Assembly: GCA_965113315.1 (NCBI GenBank)
Contig: OZ220379.1
DNA from: Podarcis vaucheri
Lineage: Eukaryota
Direction: 5' to 3' (one strand)
DNA: 64,000 bases
Position 1 is the first letter of the stretch. Every line of letters starts with the position of its first letter. Shown here in pieces: positions 46,595-59,293 of this stretch. The translations under genes and the position numbers were made by a program. Under the pieces are notes generated by a model that saw only the letters and a list, made by a program, of their open reading frames with translations, was not told where the DNA came from and did not search any database.

Positions 46595-47279
46595 TATTTC
46601 TCTCCCATATTATGTACTCCTGTGTTGCATAGCAAAATGCTCCCGTTATTTTGCCTGAAGTGCACAGAACTAGTATTAAAGTATAATGTTTGATTTGCTA
46701 ATTTCTAGAGGATTAGATCTACAAATGTTTGTTGTGTTTTTAATTTGTGAAGTACAGAGAAATAACAGCAGCTTTTAATTACGCATTTTGCAAAATGCCA
46801 CTCAGAATAGTTTTGGAAGAAAATTAAAATTGTGGATCAAACAGTAAATCTGAACAGAGGCTGGAGTGAACTGGAGTGTAATGCTAATGGTTTTGCGTCT
46901 TCCTGGCATTATGTCAATAATGGCTCTAATCACATTAAGTAGAGAGGCCATTAGCTTATTCTCTTCAGTAGCATGCTCCATAGCAACATATTGTTCGTTT
47001 TGAAATAACTGTTCTTATGCTGTGGGATATTTTTTCCCTAGAAGAATTTCCATGTTTGACGTAAGGAGGAGTCCAAAAGTGTGGCCTTTTTATGGTAACT
47101 TTGGTCAATTAAAATTGAAATACCTCTGGCTAGTTTTGCCTCATTTGACTTTGCCTCATTGGATTAAATACTATTTTGCTGACATGGTTACATAGCTATA
47201 CTTGGAGACGGCCATTTTGAAATGGCAAGACCTTCTTGGCCTTCTCTAGTTTCTCAGTTAAGTTTCAAGAGCCTGGGAC

Positions 47280-47690
47280 CTAGAGCAGAAGAATCATCTT
47301 GGTGGATTAAGTCAAACATCCATTCAGTGCAGCACTTTGCCTCCAGCAACAGCCTGCCTGATCCCCTTGGGGAACTTCACAAGCTGGTCATGACATGGAC
47401 ACCCTTTCCAGCTCCTGATAATCTGGGATACGCTGCCAATGAAAACAGATGCTCAGTTTTCAGCTATCATGATAACTGATAGAGCCATTTCCCACACATT
47501 GTCTCCCCTCTTCTAAAACCTCTGCACTAGTGACCACCTCATGGCAATTTGATTTCATAATTTCATTTTTAATTACTTAAACAAAAAGTTCCCTTTTTCT
47601 GGTCCGAACCTTCTGCCTATCATGTCTTCAATGGATGGACCCTGTTTTCTAATATTTTGCAAGACAATGTGATAGTCCCTCCTTCTCTAC
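47280..47690 (-). mobile_element. Old CR1 3' region, highly decayed
   Basis: Loose similarity to the reverse strand of the CR1 3' UTR seen at 54908. Confidence 0.4.
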
Positions 47691-48097
47691 ACAATGTAAA
47701 TATTAAACAACAACATGGCTAACGACCAAGGAAGAGCCTCCAAAATGGCGCCTGCTCAGTTCCTTTGATTCCATGCTAGGAATCCTACCTCATGGACTGC
47801 TTTGCGGAAGCCAGCTGTACAGCTAGTTCATACTATCATCCGACACCTAATGTCAGCTATGTTGACTTATATGGGACTGGTGCTGGTTGAAATACCCTGG
47901 GCATGCATTCGGAAGGGACAGAGCGGCTACAGCATCGGGTTCTGTGTAACATTGCTTAGAAAGACTCTGTAGGCATTTTTTTTTATCTTGTGGCACAAGT
48001 ACAGTGCACACACACATACACACAGAGAGAAACTGTTTTTCATCCCTTGTGCATGTATTCTACCAGGAGTGACTACACTGCTGCAACATCTGGTTCT

Positions 48098-48135
<38 letters not shown>

Positions 48136-48356
48136 TAAAAAACATCTTTAGATGTGCCCTAAATCTTTTGTACCATTAACTATCAGCTATAACTCTGCAA
48201 AATATTTGGATGTCCAACACTGTAGACATTAAAGGCTCTCTTAGAATTGCATGAGCATTCTTACAAATGTATCCATAAAATATGCAAGTGACTGAGTCCA
48301 TTTGATACACAGTTTTGTGTCTTTCCACTGGCCTTTTCTAAGTGTATGCTTGCTTG

Positions 48357-48389
<33 letters not shown>

Positions 48390-48434
48390 ATCTATCTATC
48401 ATCTATCATCTATCTATCTATCATCTATCTATCT
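48357..48434. repeat. (ATCT)n / GATA-type microsatellite
   Basis: Interrupted tandem ATCT. Confidence 0.95.
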
Positions 48435-50300
48435 GCTACCTTTTGAGCTATATATTACTAGGACATGAGGTCTGAAACGCTGCACTCAAAATAGCTATAA
48501 TCAGGGTGGCATACTGCTGGAGGCAAGCCACACCTGGTACACAGTTTCCAGGCATTCTCATTAGTTATATATGTTCCTGGGAATCAAGCAGGCTTGTTTA
48601 GCCATGTGCAATGAAATTTATATTAAGGAGGTGGGGCTCTTCGGGTGTGTAGGCCTTGGAGCAAGCACATAGGTCAGCAACTCCATACATTCCCCTTGGG
48701 CCATGATCCTAGCACACACCTGAGTATCATCTTTGCAAAGGAATCACTGGCACAATGTGATTTTTATCACATAGTTTTGTAACCATGAACTCTTTGCTGA
48801 AAGACTCATGCATGCCCTCCAATAGCTATTTCCAAAAACCATTTCTAGAGTGTGGAAATAAGGCTACTTTTCAATCTCAAAAGTTCACATAGGTTCTGTT
48901 ACCTCAACATTACCTCCTCGTACTGAGGATGGGTGCTGCACTCAATATTAATTCTTTTATTTACATTTTATGAATAAAGCCAGAATGTTTAGCAGTAGAA
49001 GAACATTAAACCAGTTCGGTTTGACCACAAAAAGTTATTAGGGGGCTTTGGAGTGATTTTACTATTTCATAAAAATAGCCAGATATTTATTTTTTTAAAG
49101 CTCTCATAAATACAAAGTGCCTTGACATTATTAATAGCAGCAAGCTATTAAAAACTCCTTTTGAAAAACCCATTGGATTGAGATTCTTGCACACAAGCTC
49201 AGTCCGGCATAAACTTGGTGAGAGTGCATATAATACATTTGCATGCGTGCCAAAGAATTACACAAAGGGTTCCACACACCCAAGACAGATTTGGAATTGA
49301 ATTTCTCAAAAATAGGTCCTGAATGCTGCATGGCTAACTTGTTTTGAAGTGTAGAGAAGTTTCAAACGTAGTTTATGATCAGATAGGGTGGTCTCCTGCT
49401 TGAAGAAAAAAGATCAGAAACACCACTGGGCATGTTCAAGGACTGGGTCACACCTAATAATTGTTTTAGTGCATAATTAGGAAGCAAGCAAGCTCAGGCA
49501 GTAGTCTATGATTCCTTGATTAGCAGTTAATGTTGGTCTTAAGAGTTCATCAGGTATAATCTTGGGATAGGGAAAGGTGATTCACGGTGTCATTTCAACC
49601 AGAAGATAAGAGCTGAAAAATCCTGAATAAATCTTCCTCAGGTTATACATAAAATCATGTTGAACACTAGCAATCACACACCGTGTAGATTCATGAGAGA
49701 TGACTGTTTTTCCAGCTTTGTGGCAGGTAGAAGACATTGTTATGGGCTGAATACGCTTACATCTGAATAAATTCCCAGGGAGGCTGAGAACCACTGACAT
49801 GGTAGGTATGTAAAACCATGTATCTGACATCAAGGGCTGTTGCACTTTTGTAGGCTTATTGACTCAGTGGAGCGCTCAGTCCCAAGTGAGGGGAAATGTC
49901 ACCAGCATCTGCATTCCTGACAAGAAGTTATACCTTGAGATTAAGGACACACACGTAAGCCTGTTTATCCCTATGTCACTGACTTTAACATAGGTTTTGA
50001 AAAGTATATTTTCATAGCAGTGAAATAAGAGCATGTATATAGACAAACACACGCATACACATGCAAATAGATGCATCAGGGTTATCATGAGTTTTGGATC
50101 TGCGATCCTGGAGACAAGGGGCCATTGGTCTTATGTTTCCACGTGGAACTCACTGTAATGTGGTCTTAATGAGCTACTACAGTAAAACCATTATATGATA
50201 ACATCAGCCCCTTAAGAAAGAATAAGGAATTTCCTGTGAAGCTAAGCCTAATCTCGGAAGAAACTGTTGTGAATATGTAATTCTAGCCTTCTAATGTACT

Positions 50301-50729
50301 AACACCTCCAAGTGTCCCTATCTTCCAGGGAAAGTCCTGGATTTACAGAAGCTGTCCCGGTTTCCTATTTGATCTCAGAATGTCCTGCTTTTCCTTAGGA
50401 CATCCCTATTTTCATTGAAGCAATGTTGGAGGGTATGGTAGGAGGTCCCTATTTTCAGCAGAGAAATGTTATAGGGTATGGAGTTATGTGACCTCCAAGC
50501 CAAGGAGATAACTATGCAACCTTAGAAGACATCTGAGGGCAGCCTTGTATAGGGAAGTTTTTTCATGTTTCATGTTTTCATATGTGTTGGAATATGTGTT
50601 TTCATATGCGTCCAGAGTGGCTGGGGCAACCCAGTCAGATGAGTGGAGTGTAAATAACATCATCATCATCATCATTATTATTATAGAATAGGATGTTCCT
50701 ATTTTCATCTGAGAAATGTTGGAGGGTAT
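50301..50729. mobile_element. Composite DNA-transposon-like element containing an L2 3' end
   Basis: Left ACCTCCAA is inverted relative to right TTGGAGGGTAT; three ~41-bp CCTATTTTCA..AATGTT..GGGTAT units; L2 terminus at ~50490-50685. Confidence 0.6.
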
Positions 50730-51057
50730 AACATTTAGGCTAGTGGTTATGTCTTCCATTGGCTGGTTAGTCCAATCTTCTGTTTTGGAGTTTCAGTCTG
50801 AGGCTTCTGTGATTTTATGACCGCAACTGAACCATGAAGTGGAATGGAAGTATAAGATTATAAAAACCTTCCCCTTGTTGCTTTGTGGTAACACAAAGTT
50901 CTTTAAAACGAATGGTGCTCTCTTAATGCTCTCTTTCACACCGCAACTAGGAGAGTGGACTTGATAATTTTGCCAAATCTGTGATCATCACTGATAATGA
51001 CTGAAAAAGTGAGTGGGGGAAATGGGTGGGAAAGCACATAAGTTTCCTTCCTAACTC

Positions 51058-51192
51058 NNNNNNNNNNNNNNNNNNNNNNNNNNNNNNNNNNNNNNNNNNN
51101 NNNNNNNNNNNNNNNNNNNNNNNNNNNNNNNNNNNNNNNNNNNNNNNNNNNNNNNNNNNNNNNNNNNNNNNNNNNNNNNNNNNNNNNNNNNN
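51058..51192. other. Assembly gap (N run)
   Basis: Run of N. Confidence 1.
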
Positions 51193-51688
51193 CCTTCTAC
51201 TTTCTCTAAACCTTGGAGTGTTTTTCTTTTGTTTTGACCGTTCGCCCAGTACTCTTTCAGACCCCTAGCTGAAGGGGAAGCAAGCAAAGTGTAAACCCGA
51301 CTTTTCATTCCATGTTTACACAGATTTGTAAGGAAGCTGTGGAGGTGATCACAGGGAGCCGCTTAGGGGTTCCACATGAGAAAGAGAGGCCTCTCTCATT
51401 TACTCATGCAAATTCAACAGCTTGCTTATCACAGCAGTTAGCTCAGCTGTGAGCATTTCTGTACTGTGTATTTTATCTTATTTTACTTAGGTGATTTATG
51501 TACTGCCCTTTGCACAAATCACAGGCTGGTTTGCAACAGGAAAAGTAGATAAAAATCCATAAAATTATGCAGTCCTTTTTTTAAAAAAAACCACACACAT
51601 AGCAAAGAACGAAATAACCATTACTAATAGCAGCAGCAATCAGGTCTCTTCCCTCACCAAATGCCTGACTCAGAAGATCCATCTTAAC

Positions 51689-51941
51689 CAGGGGTCATCA
51701 AAGTTTTTCAGCAGGGGACCAGTCCACTGTCCCTCAGACATTGGGGGGGGGGGCGGAATATATTTTGAATGAAAAAAATGAATGGATTCCTATGTCCCAC
51801 AAATAACCCAGAGATGCATTTTAAATAAAAGGACACCTACTACTCATGTAAAAACACGCTGATTTCCGGACTGTCCGCGGGCCGGATTTAGAAGGCGATT
51901 GGGCCGGATCTGGCCCCCGGGCCTTTGTTTGCCTACCCATG
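51689..51941. mobile_element. hAT-type MITE
   Basis: Imperfect TIRs CAGGGGTCATCAAA / TTTGCCTACCCATG, GGGCCGGA subterminal repeats, exact 8-bp TSD ATCTTAAC (51681-51688, 51942-51949). Confidence 0.9.
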
Positions 51942-52194
51942 ATCTTAACTAACAACCTAAAGCTCTGCAGATGAGAAGCTGCTACTGAAAAGGCATATAT
52001 AGCATAAGAAGTTAAAATTAGTGGATAGTGTAAGAAACTCAAGGACTACTGGTAAAAATCCCAACTCTCACTTTCCACTTGTGGGGTGTTGGCTCCCCAT
52101 AGCAGCCTGGAAACCACTCTTTTTAAATGAATCAGCATTCTGATTAAATCCGATGGCTGGGGCAGTACTGGACCTTAGTTCCATTGCTTCTGCT

Positions 52195-52196
52195 TT

Positions 52197-52256
<60 letters not shown>

Positions 52257-52257
52257 T
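52195..52257. repeat. (TTTC)n microsatellite
   Basis: Direct tandem repeat. Confidence 0.95.
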
Positions 52258-54460
52258 TGGAATACAAATTTATGGGCATGCATCATTGTGTAACAGGAAA
52301 GCATATTGTGGAGTAGCATTGGAGAGGCAGTCATTAGTGTAGATCCAGTTTGTTGCCTCAGACAGGCACGCTTGTTCCTATCTAGCTGTACCAAAAACTA
52401 TTACTGCTTGTGATACGTAGCGGAAGTTGCCCCCAGTTCCAGTTACCACACAGAGGCAGCTTAAGGTCCAATGTAGTTTACTTCTGTAGAAGATAAGGCT
52501 TCAGTAACACAGTTCCAGACATTGATATATACATACAGCTTGCAGGCTTTGCAGATACATCTATATATGTGTGTGTGTGTTTGTGGCTCCAGAAATTCAA
52601 GACGTAACACAGACTCCAACTCAAGACTGACGCCGAGAGCAATGAGCTGACATGCCTTAATTACTTATATAGATGGCACTGGGCTGCTACTGTAGCTTGG
52701 CTGACCGCGCACCTGTTGGCTTGTCTTATTCGTGGGGTGATTAACGCTCATGAAGGAAGTTAATCCCTTCTCCAGGGCCAGTTCCTCCAGCACATCATAT
52801 ATGAAAAACACCATCTTCTTGCTAGGCTATCCTTAGTTTCTGTTGCTCCATGCACTGCCAATTCTACTAACTCTATTTCTGCCTCCTGCAGCATTGCAGC
52901 TTTGTTTGCTCTCCTGTGTGATCATTTCAATGCATGCAGGATTGCTTTGATGGTGTTCGCATACTATAATTTGTTTTGATTAATGGATTTTTTTCTAAGG
53001 TGTGGTCCTCTTCTTCATCCTGTGTTGATTAAGACCACCAGGTATCAGGTCATCTCGACTGTTTAATTTCCCCAGCCTAAATTAATTACAATGCACTAAG
53101 TTTAAAGCATACCATAAACAAACCTAGTCATTGATTCCATAGCAACGGCAGCGTTGCTGATTTAACATGACTTGGCAACTTATAGGACTTTCCCCACTAT
53201 TTGTTATATAAAGGGGGCGCAGACTCAAATCCTTGCCAAAGTTGATGCAGCCCACATTATTTTAAAATCATGTCTCCATGTAAAGTGGGGCGTATATACA
53301 TTTTTGAACTGCATAAAATGAAATTAAGAGTTGCAAGTATTGCTTTTAATTTGGCTGCATCAAGGCATAATAGGTGGCAGTATATTTTGTGATATTCAGT
53401 AAGTATTGATTGACCTTGTTTCAACAAATTTACTAATTCTGAAAGTAAAAAATTGTATATGCCATACCCCCCACCTGTGGTGGATTGCAGGCCCAAACTC
53501 AGGCTACGTTGTTTTAAATTGTGATTTGCTATGTTAAATTGCATATGAAGTTTAGTTAGGTCTGGAGTGCTGTTGTTATGTGTGAATACTAGTGATGTCC
53601 CACACACAATTTTAAAGAGGCACTTTTCAGTCCTCACATTGGTGAAGTGTGGTTTTCTGCTTTTGCATAAAATATAGTGATAAATTGCATTAACTTCACA
53701 GTGAGACTGTTCAAGGAAGGACCTTCTGTGAATGTTTTTATTGTCTTGCACAAGTAGAGTATGACTCCCCTCCACCAAGCGTATGCACACAGATGTGCAC
53801 ACATTGCTTTTCATACGTTTTCAATCCTGTAGTCATTCTCGTGTACTTTTTAAAAAACTGATCTACCCAGAAACAAATGAAAATAAAGCACGGGGGGGGG
53901 GAGATCAGAAAGCACGGGGGGCAGGGGAGAGATCAGAAAGCAACAAGTTCTACCCCATAACACCAGTTATTAAGCGGTTGGTTTTCCTCCTATCTATCTA
54001 AGGAGAACCCATTTGCCGCTGATTTAATTTGCAATAGATCAGATAAATATGAATGTAAAAGATGCATGTAATAGATTCTAATTGCAATTTTTCTGTAGCA
54101 TTGAGCTCCACTGATTCCAGCCTCTTTCTTAGAACTGGAGTGACAAGACAATGCTTCCTTCTCTAGAAATGTGTTCACAAAGAACAAAAGTCCATTTGTA
54201 TAATCACGGCCAAAACTGATGCTTCTTTTTTCTTTATATAAAGTTGCCCCTTCTTTTTCTTGCTTTGTATTAAGAGGTTGCCCATAGATATATCACTTAC
54301 TTTCATCTGCCTGGCTAGCCGCTGCTAGAAACAAAATTCTGAACTAAAAGGTTTTAATTCGTATCCAGGACAACCTGGATCATGTACTACCAGATGAGCA
54401 ATCCCACATCTTAAGAAAAATATTTGGGAAAGGTGTTACATATACGTGTGTGTGTGTGTT

Positions 54461-54617
54461 GCGCCAGAAGTGGTTTAGTCATGCTGGCCACATGACCTGG
54501 AAAAGGTGTCTGTGGACAAACGCCGGCTTCCTTGGCCTGAAAGCTAGATGAACGCCACAACCTCATAGTCACCTTTGACTGGACTTAACTGTTTAGGGGT
54601 CCTCTACCTTTTACCTT
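54461..54617 (+). mobile_element. Sauria SINE, 3' half
   Basis: GCCAGAAGTGGTTTAGTCATGCTGGCCACATGACC...GACTGGACTTAAC...ACCTTTTACCTT. Confidence 0.8.
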
Positions 54618-54907
54618 ATCTCACATAGCTAATGCCACAAGTGATCAGGCTCATTAACAGTATACACATTTTGAATTTAAGATTACTTTCCTGCTCACCT
54701 TGACCTTAACCACCTGCTGGGTTTGTCCTCACAAAGTGCCACTTGGCTTTTGAATCAACTATAGATCCAAGAAACATTCTTGCACGGAGATGTAAATCGT
54801 CTCTGGAAAAACTCAGTGAAGTTCACCATTTCTACAGGCATCGTTGAGGCCCATGCAAATGAGTCCCATTTTCTCTATTCATAGTGGGTGAAATGAGGCT
54901 TGCAATT

Positions 54908-55125
54908 ACATAAGAACTCAAGAACCGCCCTGCTAGATCATGCCAGTAGCACATCTGGACCAGCATCCCACTCTCACAGTTTACAACCGGATGCCCATGG
55001 AAGCCCACTAGCAAGACCTGAGCAGAGCCACACTTTGGTTTTAACGGCCCTGAAGTGTACAAGAGCGATAAACCCACCATTTGCTGCCTGTTGATAGATT
55101 GTCAAAGCCTTTGTTGGGCTTAATG
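54908..55125 (-). mobile_element. Old CR1 3' end
   Basis: ACATAAGAAC..CCTGCTAGATCA..CATCTGGACCAGCATCC..TCTCACAGT, reverse strand of the reptile CR1 3' UTR pattern. Confidence 0.6.
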
Positions 55126-55747
55126 TCAGCTGCAGGACTTCCTAACCAAAGTCACCAATCCTTGCTACATTTTGAGTGCTACTCCACTTCTTTCAGGGAC
55201 ATGTTAATGTTTATCTTATTAACATTAGGTTTAGCACACTTTTCAGATGCTAACTGTTGTTTAAGGCAACAGTTGTCTCTGTTATGCAAAGTACCAATAA
55301 AATTCCAAACAGGAAAGTTCAAAGGCTAAATAAAGGCCGGATAAAAAGGCAGCATTTCTTTTTACTAATGTTCTTCATCCTACTGCATTTAACTTTACTC
55401 CAAACTTTTGCATTTTACTTTCAAAGCACATTTTAACTGCTTATTGACTTGAAGGCAGGTTTGTATGTCTTTTGTCTTAATGAAAGTAAGAAACCACATG
55501 GAAAAGTAAGGGGCAGATGCTGAGTTTGCATCGACAGGTCCCCAGATGGTTCTGCTGGGATGACAGTCCTTGAGACAGCACTTACTTAAAGGGCAATAAT
55601 AATTTTCAGTTTCCCCCTCTCTTAATTCCCTTCTTTATTCTGCTTCAGCTCATTCTTCCCATCTGTCCTGAAGCCATGATGAGAGGTATTGTATATATGC
55701 ATGAATTTCAGTCTGGATTGTCAGTTTTAAACTTCTTAGGTTACCCA

Positions 55748-55748
<1 letters not shown>

Positions 55749-55793
<45 letters not shown>
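55749..55793. repeat. (TTA)n microsatellite
   Basis: Direct tandem repeat; similar isolated tracts at ~16831-16872 and ~48099-48134. Confidence 0.95.
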
Positions 55794-58325
55794 GTCATAA
55801 TGCTAATAAATCACATGTTACTATAACATAAGCTAAAAACATCTCTGCTGTGCAGTTGTATTACCTACACTAATCTAAAGTTTCTTTTTAAAAACTTTCA
55901 CTTTTCTTAACTGAAGGTAGAGCAGATTTAAACAGAGTGATGCTATTTATAACAACATTTAACAATCAAAACCTTCCCCCTAATATCACTCAGTTTTATC
56001 CCAATGTTGTGGTCAAATATTAGCATAGGTTTCAGAAGTGCATGTAAGTAAATCATAGTGTCAGATGCAATATTAGGCATTACAGGCATACATGCCATTA
56101 CCTCGTGTGTGTAAATGCTATCTATATTCCAAAATGGGGTTTAAATGCATTTTTCAATGCATTCAAAAGAAGAGCTGGACTTCCTTAGTATCTTTCCAGT
56201 ACAGAAGGTGAACAGTGAGAGCAGGAGATAAATCATATTCTGGGAAGAAAATAGTTTTTAGACAACCATCTACACATCAAAATAAAGTTGGGTAAGTTTT
56301 TCTTTGCTATTCTTTGTGACATAGTTAATGCTTTTTTCCAGTTGGTTAGGCCATGTATAATCCAGATAATCTATTAAATGGGCCTCTGTAGACTGAAAAA
56401 TGGAGAAATCCTAAAGGCTTCTTAGGAAACAGGACTGTTATCCTGGCTGAGGTGCTGTGAATAAGACCATTCCTAGTGACACCTGTCCTATTGGAAGAGA
56501 AGGGGCTATAATCTCTATTATTGTCAGTCTGTCACCTACTGCTATTATATCGTGAAACGTTTCTTTAACAAAGACTGGCAGGTTTCAGCACAGTCTTATT
56601 AGCCACTTCACATTCAGAACTCTTGCTAGATGGCTTCCTCCTCAGAGAGCCTTCTAGAGCTTATCAGTTAAGCAGATGGCATTAATGTAGTGGTGTGTGG
56701 CACTAAAATATGGCAGTAGTTTCCCTTTCGCCAAGGAACAATTTTGTATCACTCCACAGAGTTTAAATTTGCCAATAATCAATTTTCGATCTGGACAATT
56801 GAGGTTTTCTCTAATCCCTGGCATAGAGGCAATATTAGTCTGGAGCTTGTCATTTCTAGTGCTGTGCTGTGTGGTATTTTCAGGGTGTCAACTACTGGGA
56901 AATCCCAGTGACAGCAAATCCCTGCCAGAAAATGCAATGCATTAATCTCTGTTGCGCATTAGAGTTGGCCAACTTCTTCGAGGTCATGTCAGCTTGCTTC
57001 AGAAAATAAGCTGAGCTTATTTTTCCTGAAAAAAATTAGTTTAGAAGGCATGACAAATACCAAGGTCATGTTTATAAATGTTCATGGTGTTTTGAAACTA
57101 TTAATTCATCGGGATGGCCACAGGTTAGCCACCTTTTCAATAAGAAAAACAAGCCACTTGTGTTGGACTACCACTCATACAGTGCTTAGTTTTCATGGTA
57201 ATAGAAGTGGGATTTTGTGGGAGGAGCTCAACCCTTCATGAACCCTACACTTCCTCAGACCAGAAGCATTGCCCCTTAGTGCTATATTTTGAAGAGGCTG
57301 GCAGCTGTAGTGACACTAGGTTTTACGGGGGGGGTGTAGAAGCGAACACAGTGGTTGCACACCTCTTTCTGTGCCCAGAGAGGGCTCTGCGGCATCTGAA
57401 CCCACAATCCTGAGTAGGTCACCAGGCTAGCTTCCATCATTGGACCACGATGTAGCCAGGTGCCTCAAGTACCTGCTAATGCTGGTGCCTGACTTCAGAC
57501 CAGACTTGAGTGATTGCAGTCTCACAGCCTGCCCCAATCTGTTGTTCTTCAGATGTTGCTGAAGGACAACACCCATAATACCTAACTATTCACCGTGTTG
57601 GGTGTGGCTGATGCAGGGAGTCGGGTTGAGGGAAGTGGCAGTAGAAGATGTGTCTGCCATCTAGGTTTGTCTGGCCATCAACACACCAGCAGCTGAACCA
57701 AGATCTGTAGCCATCACCTTAAGCGCTGGTCTCTCAGGAACCCCTTTGCAGGCAACAGCAGGAATAAGCTGCAAAGGAAGGAAAAAGCATATGTATCTGC
57801 AGCAGGGGAGAAGCTGGGGAATGGTTCTTTTCCAGAAGGTTTCCATACAAATGCATTAACTTCTTGCTTCAAATGGTCTGGGACTCAGCCCAGGCACTGA
57901 AACCTGAAAATTCAGGCCCTGGACTATGGCGGGCTACATTCAGTCCTAGAAAATGTGATCAACACAGCTGTCAGAAATTAATAACAGCATTACTATTGCA
58001 GCGTCTTTTTATCCCTCTCTTGCTTGTCTCCACCACTTCTGGAGCCTCCTGCCGAATTCCATCTTATTAGCCTCTCAGTACAGAAATTAAAACATGACAA
58101 ATGGTTCCTAGGGAAGGGCGCTGGGTTTATTTCTTTATTTTAGTTCACCCAGCTTTTTCTCCAAAAACAACAACAATAACAAATAAATAATAAGGATCCA
58201 GGCATGGCTCTTGCAGTTTCCCCTTTAATAATAATAATAAAACCCAGAAGTGGTATTTAAGTGATGATACCCAGTAATTTGTTCATTCTTCTGTCAGTGT
58301 AATTTACAAGGCAACGACAGATAAA

Positions 58326-58649
58326 NNNNNNNNNNNNNNNNNNNNNNNNNNNNNNNNNNNNNNNNNNNNNNNNNNNNNNNNNNNNNNNNNNNNNNNNNNN
58401 NNNNNNNNNNNNNNNNNNNNNNNNNNNNNNNNNNNNNNNNNNNNNNNNNNNNNNNNNNNNNNNNNNNNNNNNNNNNNNNNNNNNNNNNNNNNNNNNNNNN
58501 NNNNNNNNNNNNNNNNNNNNNNNNNNNNNNNNNNNNNNNNNNNNNNNNNNNNNNNNNNNNNNNNNNNNNNNNNNNNNNNNNNNNNNNNNNNNNNNNNNNN
58601 NNNNNNNNNNNNNNNNNNNNNNNNNNNNNNNNNNNNNNNNNNNNNNNNN
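58326..58649. other. Assembly gap (N run)
   Basis: Run of N. Confidence 1.
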
Positions 58650-59061
58650 AAATGACTACTGTTAATGTGGAGAAGTGGGCTGCCTACAAAGTCAAGACTG
58701 CTGGGACAAGAGGGTATTAAGTCATGCAGCACAGTTATTATTACCTTGTCCGCCACAACACATTTCCCCCCTCATTTTTCTTTTGCATTTTAAGGTCCAT
58801 AATATGTTCAGATAACTCAACCTGTGCTTCCGTGTATGTCAACATTTCACCAATCTCTGCTTTGTTTTTGTGTGCATGCGTGTCATTCTTGCACTCTGCT
58901 GCTCTTCTTCATGATCCGTCCATCCCAAACGTAACATGTTTCATTTCTGGCACGAATGTGAATGAACACCCAGGAATATTCAAGAACAGGAAGCCTCGTT
59001 GGCATGTGATTGCCAGCATTGCCATTAAAAGAACGCTAAAGACAGGAACTGGATCTCTGAA

Positions 59062-59293
59062 TTCTCTGGTTCTCAAATTTAATCCATTCTGGGAGTCCGT
59101 TTGACTCCCGAAACGGTTCAAAAACCTGATTGGCTGCAGGAGCTTCCTGAACTCAATTGGAAAACGGGGTAGCCACGACGGACGTTAGGCTTCCAAAAAA
59201 CATTCGGAAACCGGAACACTCACTTCCAGGTTTGCGGCATCCAGGAGCCAATTTGTTTGGGAGCCAAGCTGTTCCACTACCAAGGTACCATTG
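59062..59293. mobile_element. pogo/Tigger-type MITE, decayed, related to family C
   Basis: TGGTTCTCAAATTTAATCCATTC on the left and ACCAAGGTACCATTG on the right match the termini of 34812-35360. Confidence 0.7.
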
